From: Chitinophagaceae bacterium
GTDB taxonomy: Bacteria; Bacteroidota; Bacteroidia; Chitinophagales; Chitinophagaceae
DNA length: 62,909 nucleotides
NCBI GenBank assembly: GCA_004299085.1
Contig: SCQV01000205.1
Span: forward strand, 1 to 62,909
Direction: 5' to 3'
Positions 56,669 to 62,909 of this stretch are shown here, piece after piece. The position numbers were made by a program, and so were the translations under genes. Position 1 is the first letter of the stretch; every line of letters begins with the position of its first letter. Below the pieces are notes generated by a model. That model searched no databases. It was given only the letters and a program-made list of their open reading frames with translations, and had not been told where the DNA came from.

Positions 56669-59600
56669 TTAAAGAGTAAGCCTAACTCCGAAAGTATATG
56701 TTTTAATTTGAGGGTAGGCGCTATATCTTCCACCCTGCGTACTCCTTTCAGGATCGGATCCAGGATATTTTGTAACAGTCAAAATATTGTTCCCGGAAAT
56801 ATATATACTTGTAGGTCCAAACCCAATCTTTTTAATTATGTTTCCAGGTAAATTATAGCTAATGATAAGATTCTTTAATCTGAGATAAGACGCATTTTTA
56901 AGCCAATATGTCGATTGAACACCCGACACCGGAGGATAGCCAGTTATGTACATAGCTGGATATTCATTGGTATGATGAGTTGGTGTCCACATATTTTTAA
57001 CGAAATTAATCGTTGGAGGGGAACCTTGTACATAAGGTGAAAATCCCCACCCTCCTCCATTAAAATAGAAATATTGCCCTTGAACACCTTGGAAAAAGGC
57101 ACTTATATCAAGCCCCTTCCACCCAAGACTAAGGGTGCCACCATAATAGAATTTAGGATAAGCTCCTGGGACTACCACTCTATCTTTAGAATCGACAACC
57201 CCGTCTCCGTTAATATCAGCAAATTTTAAGTCGCCGGGTTGCGGCGTATATTGCTGGGTGGGCGATTTATTAATTTCTTCTTGACTTTGAAAAATGCCAA
57301 TCCACTTAATTAAATAGAAAGAATTGAAGGGAATTCCTGCTTTAGTGATAGTAGAACTACCAATCGAAGGCGCAACAACCTGGAGAACTTTATTTTTATT
57401 CGTAGAAAAGTTTACACTCACTCCGTAATGAAACTGACCGATCGTGTTCTGGTGAGAAACTTCAAACTCCCACCCTCTATTTCTCATTTTACCGTAGTTT
57501 ATTGTGGGAGCACTTAAACCGACACTAGCCGGAATAGGAGCCTGGTATAGAATCCCACTTGTCAATTTATTATACCAATCAAATGTAGCCGTTAAAAGCC
57601 CATCAAGAATATCTACATCTACACCAAAATCTGTCATAGTTGTTGTTTCCCATTTTAATGATTTATCCACTAACCGAGTTAATTGAACCCCTGGATCCAA
57701 ATTATTAAAAGGGTATGAAGTGATAGATAGTATATCCTGATATGGATATAAACCAACATTTTGATTTCCTAGCTGTCCCCAAGATCCCCTAATTTTTAAA
57801 TTGCTTAACCAATTTAGATTCTTCATAAAAGACTCTTCTGATATTCGCCAGCCGGCTGAAACAGAAGGGAATAGACCCCATCTGCCTTGGGGTGCAATCC
57901 TAGAAGTCCCGTCATACCTCATGTTGGCCTCAAAGAGGTATTTCCCTTTAAAATCATAATTTACGCGACCAAAATATGACAAGAGTGACCAAGCGTTAGC
58001 TGTTCCACTTGTAGTTTGTCCATCTGTTGAACCCGCATTTATCTCATTTAAGTTATCCGAAGGGAAAGATGTTCTGTGTGCCCCCAATTGCCGAAAGAAA
58101 TTAGACTCAAGATCATATCCTAATAAAACACTGAGATGATGTTCGCTTTTAAAAGTATTATCATAGTGAAGGGTTGAAAAAAGAGACGTAAGAGTGTTCT
58201 CCGTAGAATTATCAGTAACTCCCTCATGTACTGGAAAATTATTATCAGCATAACTGCTGTCTTTAAAGTAATATGTATCTTCAGGGTGCTCACGTAATTT
58301 ATTAAAGGTATTCCCATAAGTAAATGCTCCTTTTGTGTACCAATTGAGATGCTTATTAAATCTTATATCCACGTAAACTTGAGGGACAAAAGTGTAATCC
58401 TGTGTTTTATTAAAGCCAACAGCGTCGGCTTCGAAGGGGTTTCTAGCAGTATATTCTCCGATTTCGCTGCTGTACCTTGCCACATATACTGTTTGACCAT
58501 CTGCCAGCTTCATTGTTGGAGTATAGTTCGGTGCTTGGGCAAAAACACCTAGTAAATAATCGCCATTACTAGAATTGATATAGCTCTCTGTAATATCCTG
58601 TCTATTCATATTTACCTCACCTCCAATAGTAATCCACTTTTTAACCTGTGAATTTATGGAGAAATGTAAATTATATTTTTGAAATGAATAGATACTGATT
58701 ATACCACCTTGATTCAAATAACCTAAATCTAGTCTGAAATTTGTCTTCTTATCTCCCCCACTTACACCTAAGTGATGATTTTGTGCAAAACCAGTATGAA
58801 ACATAAATTTCTCCCAATTAAAATTGGGATAGTGAACAGGGTCATTGGGATGATCTTTAAATGCATCAATATCTTCCTGAGAAAAATAAGGCTGTAATCC
58901 CTCTCTAATCCTTCCTTCGTTCCAGTATTCCATATATTCTGCCGAATTATATAATAATTTCGGCAATCTGGTCGCACGTTGGAATTGTATATTCCCATCA
59001 TACTCAATGGTAAGAGGCCCTGGCTTTCCTGTCTTTGTCGTAACTAAAATAACCCCGTTTGCGCCTCTTGAACCATAAATAGCACTGGCGGCTGCATCTT
59101 TTAAAATAGAAATAGATTCAATGCTATTAGGGTCTAATGTTGACATATCCCCTGGAACTCCATCAATGAGCACTAAAGGGGTGCTACCTGCAGAACTGAA
59201 CGTTCCCAACCCACGAATCTGTATATTATTACCGGGGTCTCCGGGCTTACCATAAGATTGGGCAATCTTTAGTCCCGCAACTTGCCCTTCCAATAAATCG
59301 ACCGGATCACTGACTGGGCTCTTAATTAATTCCCGGCCACTTACGCTAGTTACCGACCCAGTCAAATCAACCTTTTTCTTAGTTCCATATCCAATAACTA
59401 TAAGGCTATTCAAATCATTTGCACTTTCCTGTAGTGTTACATTAATTAGCCTCTGTCCATTCACTGGGACAGCCACTGTTTTATAAGAAAGGAAGCTAAA
59501 AATCAGTGTAGCATTTTTAGACGCTTTTATAGAAAAGTGCCCACTATTATCGCTAATAGTTCCATTTGAAGTCCCCTTAACCATCACGGTTACCCCGGGT

Positions 59601-59716
59601 AAAGGAGATTGGTTTCCTGCTGAAATGATCTTTCCGGAAATGATGTTTTGAGCATTAACAGTTCCATAAAGGAATAAGGTAATTAGCCCCATAAACAACT
59701 TTCTAAGCAATGACAT
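56669..59716 (-). CDS. SusC/RagA-family TonB-linked outer-membrane transporter
   Basis: Signal peptide, CarboxypepD_reg domain (ISGKIIS...PLPGVTVMVKGT), TonB-box/plug region (VIGYGTKKKVDLTGSV) and terminal F/L. There is no STN domain. The ORF extends to 59758, but ATG 59716 (MSLLRKLF) gives a normal signal peptide. Confidence 0.9.
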   Translation of the reverse strand: MSLLRKLFMGLITLFLYGTVNAQNIISGKIISAGNQSPLPGVTVMVKGTSNGTISDNSGHFSIKASKNATLIFSFLSYKTVAVPVNGQRLINVTLQESANDLNSLIVIGYGTKKKVDLTGSVTSVSGRELIKSPVSDPVDLLEGQVAGLKIAQSYGKPGDPGNNIQIRGLGTFSSAGSTPLVLIDGVPGDMSTLDPNSIESISILKDAAASAIYGSRGANGVILVTTKTGKPGPLTIEYDGNIQFQRATRLPKLLYNSAEYMEYWNEGRIREGLQPYFSQEDIDAFKDHPNDPVHYPNFNWEKFMFHTGFAQNHHLGVSGGDKKTNFRLDLGYLNQGGIISIYSFQKYNLHFSINSQVKKWITIGGEVNMNRQDITESYINSSNGDYLLGVFAQAPNYTPTMKLADGQTVYVARYSSEIGEYTARNPFEADAVGFNKTQDYTFVPQVYVDIRFNKHLNWYTKGAFTYGNTFNKLREHPEDTYYFKDSSYADNNFPVHEGVTDNSTENTLTSLFSTLHYDNTFKSEHHLSVLLGYDLESNFFRQLGAHRTSFPSDNLNEINAGSTDGQTTSGTANAWSLLSYFGRVNYDFKGKYLFEANMRYDGTSRIAPQGRWGLFPSVSAGWRISEESFMKNLNWLSNLKIRGSWGQLGNQNVGLYPYQDILSITSYPFNNLDPGVQLTRLVDKSLKWETTTMTDFGVDVDILDGLLTATFDWYNKLTSGILYQAPIPASVGLSAPTINYGKMRNRGWEFEVSHQNTIGQFHYGVSVNFSTNKNKVLQVVAPSIGSSTITKAGIPFNSFYLIKWIGIFQSQEEINKSPTQQYTPQPGDLKFADINGDGVVDSKDRVVVPGAYPKFYYGGTLSLGWKGLDISAFFQGVQGQYFYFNGGGWGFSPYVQGSPPTINFVKNMWTPTHHTNEYPAMYITGYPPVSGVQSTYWLKNASYLRLKNLIISYNLPGNIIKKIGFGPTSIYISGNNILTVTKYPGSDPERSTQGGRYSAYPQIKTYTFGVRLTL

Positions 59717-59755
59717 AGTTGTAAAGTTTAAAATGCATAATAAAGAATCTAACGT

Positions 59756-59763
59756 CAAAATTA
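59756..59763 (-). promoter_or_regulatory. Candidate Bacteroidota -7 promoter box (TAnnTTTG) for the susC-like operon
   Basis: The minus strand reads TAATTTTG about 40 nt upstream of ATG 59716. No clear -33 TTTG was seen at ideal spacing. Confidence 0.3.
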
Positions 59764-59914
59764 TGATAGAGGAAAACTATTCTCATTGTCTCAATTACCT
59801 ATTTTATACACTATTTTATCCCACTTATTCAATCCTTTATATATTAATGATTGCATGGTAAACCTGAAGAACAAGCGAGATATCATACCACTATATTGAT
59901 AATCAATAGTTTTG

Positions 59915-59952
59915 TTAGAATATCTTGCCATGTTTTTAGAATGCTTGTCATA
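59915..59952. promoter_or_regulatory. Tandem direct repeat in the susC/araC divergent region (candidate AraC operator)
   Basis: ttagaatatcttgccat (59915-59931) and ttagaatg-cttgtcat (59936-59951) lie about 200-235 nt upstream of susC. Confidence 0.25.
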
Positions 59953-60238
59953 CCTTCTTATTAAGTACTGGATGGCATTTGTTGCTAATTATATATTATT
60001 ATGACCACGACTCTGAAAATACAGTATATTGTTGGCCGTTTGAAACCCTTATTAGCACTTGATCGTGTCTATTTTGCCATATCATTAATTTTGATAGGAA
60101 AACAGTTTAAAATAATTGCTATTGTCTTTATCTAAATTGAGTTTAAGGAATTATTTAAAAAAATAGTTTCCCAAATTTGGATATCATTTTAACATTTTCA
60201 ATGTATATTTGAATTAAGTTCCATATTTAATATTAGAA

Positions 60239-61114
60239 ATGAAAGCCGAATTAATAGTTGATGCCCCTATTATTGATCAGAAAAAAATATGGGTTAAAAA
60301 AGTGAATAGGCCACATTTTGACCATCCTTTCCATTTCCATCCCTTATGCGAACTTACATGGGTAGAAAAAGGCCATGGTAAACTAATTATAGGAGATTAT
60401 ATAGGGAACTTTTCCGAAGGTGAATTAATAATGGAAAGTGCGGGGTTGCCACATTTGTGGAAGTGTGATTCTGATTTTTATACTGAGAAAAGTGCTTTAT
60501 TAACAAACGCATTTGCCATTTATTTTCCATCATCACTAATTCCCAAGCTGACCGATGAAATGGATTGCATCTCTCGTTACGAGGAAATCTTAAATAAAGC
60601 AGAAAGGGGTATTCGGTTCTACGGTCAAACTAAAAAAGATGTAATTAATAAAATTGAAAAAGTTATTATTACAGATGGATTAGAAAGACTTGGTCATTTT
60701 CTTCAGATCATTCATGTCATTACCATGTCAAATGAATTCAACTGCCTGGCAAGTATCGGTTATAAAAATAATTATAATGAACTTGACATAGAGCGCTTTA
60801 ATAAGGTATATCAATTTTTACTAAATAATTTTAGCAGGGAGATTACGCTTAGCGAAGTATCCGCTATCTGTAGCATGACCCCCAACTCTTTTTGCCGTTT
60901 TTTTAAAATAAAGACTCAAAAAACCTTTACAAGGTTTCTGAATGAATTACGAATAGGACATGCCTGTAAATTGTTACAAGATGAAAATAATTCTGTTATG
61001 AATGTCTGTTATGAATCAGGCTACAATAGCCCTGTTAACTTTTTTAAATTTTTTAAAATAATCACTCATAGCACGCCAGTTGAATATCGCAATCGTATCA
61101 AGGACATTTCTTGA
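60239..61114 (+). CDS. AraC-family transcriptional regulator (cupin-type sensor plus double HTH)
   Basis: N-terminal cupin HFHPLCELTWV and C-terminal LSEVSAICSMTPNSFCRFFK...GYNSPVNFFKFFK. It is divergent from the SusC operon. Confidence 0.85.
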   Translation: MKAELIVDAPIIDQKKIWVKKVNRPHFDHPFHFHPLCELTWVEKGHGKLIIGDYIGNFSEGELIMESAGLPHLWKCDSDFYTEKSALLTNAFAIYFPSSLIPKLTDEMDCISRYEEILNKAERGIRFYGQTKKDVINKIEKVIITDGLERLGHFLQIIHVITMSNEFNCLASIGYKNNYNELDIERFNKVYQFLLNNFSREITLSEVSAICSMTPNSFCRFFKIKTQKTFTRFLNELRIGHACKLLQDENNSVMNVCYESGYNSPVNFFKFFKIITHSTPVEYRNRIKDIS

Positions 61115-61139
61115 TTTCTTTCACAATTGAGAAGGAGAA

Positions 61140-61376
61140 TATATTATACCATGAGGTAAGATAAGTTGCTTGAAACTTAATACATCAATTCCTATAGCAG
61201 GAAAAATAACGCCGCCATTAGCCGCCATCTTAATCAATTGCTTATACTTTTTCAGTAAAGTCATATTTAAACTATTGAGCAAGTCCGGCCGGTAAGAAGC
61301 TATGGGTAAGGCTGCATCAAAGGGAATCGTCCACTGGCAATTATTGTAATAATAACTATCATAGGAACCATGATGA
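61140..61376 (-). pseudogene. Internal fragment of a paralog of the signal-less solute-binding-fold gene (50772-51920)
   Basis: The minus-strand frame reads FHHGSYDSYYYNNCQWTIPFDAALPIASYRPDLLNSLN...LIKMAANGGVIFPAIGIDVLSF. The intact gene reads [38 protein letters not shown]...[23 protein letters not shown]. Weaker shifted-frame similarity continues to about 61520. Confidence 0.55.
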
Positions 61377-61519
61377 AATAACTTCCTCGTTTTTTAATAC
61401 TCTTGGACAATCAAAGAGATTAAAAATGAAAGTGGAATATTCAGAGAAGACAAAGATGTTAATGCAAATACATTATATGTATAATCCGGAGCATGTTGCC
61501 CCCCTTTAAAGGAAGGTGT

Positions 61520-62760
61520 TTTAAAGGTGAACCAGATCAAAATAGGAGGATTAAATCTCTCAGCGAACAGAAAATTTCCCGGATTTTGAGTACTGACATT
61601 CCTGCATGTTGACCCACCTGATGAAAGGGAGAAGACAACTGTGAAGAGTTTTTGTAAAGACCTTGCTTCTTCATTAAAAAAAGAGGGGGTGTTACAAAAG
61701 CCATTTGCCAGGGGAAGAAAGACCTGCTCAATTCAAAGGGGGAGCAAGTTGTAGAGCAGGGGCGCCAACGCAAAGCGGGCGGCGGACGTAAAAAAAAACT
61801 TCGATTGAATCTGAAATCAGAAAAAGGTTGATGGCATTGATAGAAAGCTACAAGGCTGACAGTCCAACGGGAGAAGGCGTTTATTGGATAAGTTTGCGGC
61901 CATGGCAAATAACAAAACTGTTTTACGAGCGACATCGGATTTCGGTGAGTCTTGGGCTTGCTCTAAGAGTTGGGCTATGGTTTTCGCAAGCAGTCTAAAC
62001 GGTTGGCAACCAGCGGCTGTGCAAAGCGCGATGAGCAGTTCCGGATTATATGTTCTTTGGTATTAATCATGAGTTTGGAAAGTCCGGTGTTGAGCATAGA
62101 TTGCAAGAAGAAAGAACAGTTGGGCAATCTTTACAGAGAAGGGAAATGCAATTGCACCAAGGTCATCAAAGTATATGACCATGATTATGAACATTTGAGC
62201 GAAGGCAAAGTAATACCGCATGGTATTTACAACCTGCAAGCCAATAAAGGTTATCTAACCATTGGCAGCAGTAGTGAAACGGCTGGATTTGTGATAGACA
62301 ATTTATTTTGGTGGTGTAAATATGGTATTAATCAGTATCCTGATGCAAAGAACATCCTGCTTTTGTGCGATGTGGGCGGAGTCACCAGCTTCCCTCATCA
62401 TGTATTCAAAAAAGAGTTGATGCACTTTGCGGCAGAAGCAGGATTGTCAGTGATCGTATACCATTATCCGCCTTACTGCTCCAGGCGGAACCCTATAGAG
62501 CACCGATTGTTCTGTCATGTACACAAAGCTATGAGCGGTGTTATTTTCGATGATTATCAAACAATTCAAAAAGCAATTGGCTAAACGGAAGCAAGCTCGG
62601 GACTGACGGCGGTGGTCAGACTGAATTTGAAAAAATATGAGACAGGCATCAAAGTGGATAAGGCTGGCATTGGCCCGAAAAGAATTTTCCATCACCCGTA
62701 ATTGCCGGAATTGAACTATAGAATCTTTCCCTGATACGAACAACTTATTTTGACAAGATT
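61520..62760 (+). mobile_element. Degenerate ISAzo13-family (Rhodopirellula-type DDE) transposase gene / IS relic
   Basis: GGGRKKK (about 61780), VLSIDCKKKEQLGN, VIPHGIYNL, TAGFV, YPDAKNILLLCDVGG, YHYPPYCSRRNPIEHRLF and a tail ...FHHP*LPELNYRI follow the order of ISAzo13 transposase motifs. They are broken by several frameshifts and stops (for example TAA at 62582-62584). Confidence 0.6.
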
Positions 62761-62909
62761 GCTTAGGTTCCTATGGAACCTGTTGTGTGAAACACTACTG
62801 ATAAATTTTCCAACGAAAGATTTATATTTTTAACTGCCTCTTAAAATGAAACGCTCGCCGCCCCCTCTTTAGGCGGGGCAACGAGGTCAGTAGAAAATTT
62901 ACATCCCAC

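Noticed and set aside
59717-59758. Longer N-terminal extension of the SusC ORF (MTLDSLLCILNFTT...)
   Set aside because: The extension precedes a normal signal peptide starting at ATG 59716 and overlaps a TAnnTTTG promoter-like box.
61537-61935. 132-aa minus-strand ORF
   Set aside because: It overlaps the N-terminal debris of the ISAzo13-type transposase, which reads on the plus strand (GGGRKKK etc.). It is Pro/Ser/Phe-rich and implausible as a gene.

Overview
This 62.9-kb window looks like a chromosomal accessory region of a Bacteroidota genome, probably Chitinophagaceae- or Sphingobacteriia-like. That placement is inferred from a SusC/SusD pair, lipoprotein signals, a TAnnTTTG-type promoter box and the IS families present. 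No rRNA, tRNA or CRISPR array was seen by eye. There are four blocks. (1) 1-2.4 kb holds the tail of a helicase-like gene, a truncated ABC/AAA_21-type ATPase and an apparently intact IS630-family element whose two ORFs are joined at an A7 run. (2) 2.6-21.8 kb carries a GH79 heparanase-like lipoprotein, HdeD and cardiolipin synthase, then an AraC-headed island of redox and detoxification genes (three aldo/keto reductases, SDR, OsmC, LLM oxidoreductase, FMN reductase, CMD/ABM fusion, PoxB-like, RclA-like). (3) 22-40 kb carries an outer-membrane receptor with a LytS/LytTR two-component pair, a TRIC channel, an M20 amidohydrolase, a Na+/H+ antiporter, and a long minus-strand operon in which a His-rich CPH-type copper ATPase sits inside a second SDR...OsmC module. 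A Crp regulator lies divergent to a repeat-rich beta-helix-like protein plus pirin. (4) 41.1-61.1 kb is the most interesting part. It is a one-directional SusC/SusD locus under a divergent AraC. Its cytoplasmic genes lack the usual sugar kinase, isomerase and dehydratase. They encode two family-III CoA-transferases, two MaoC hot-dog hydratases, a signal-less solute-binding-fold protein, an amidohydrolase_2 lactonase-like enzyme, RhaT, a Gfo/Idh/MocA dehydrogenase, an RraA/HMG-aldolase-like protein and a 1010-aa Tat-signal multidomain protein. This block is bracketed by decayed transposase genes and by a relic of a paralogous solute-binding-fold gene. Gene decay recurs across the window: an SDR frameshift, in-frame TGA codons in adjacent DsbA-like and DoxX genes, an mscL tail and GNAT fragments. 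All functional calls rest on motif and family recognition from memory, because no searches were run.
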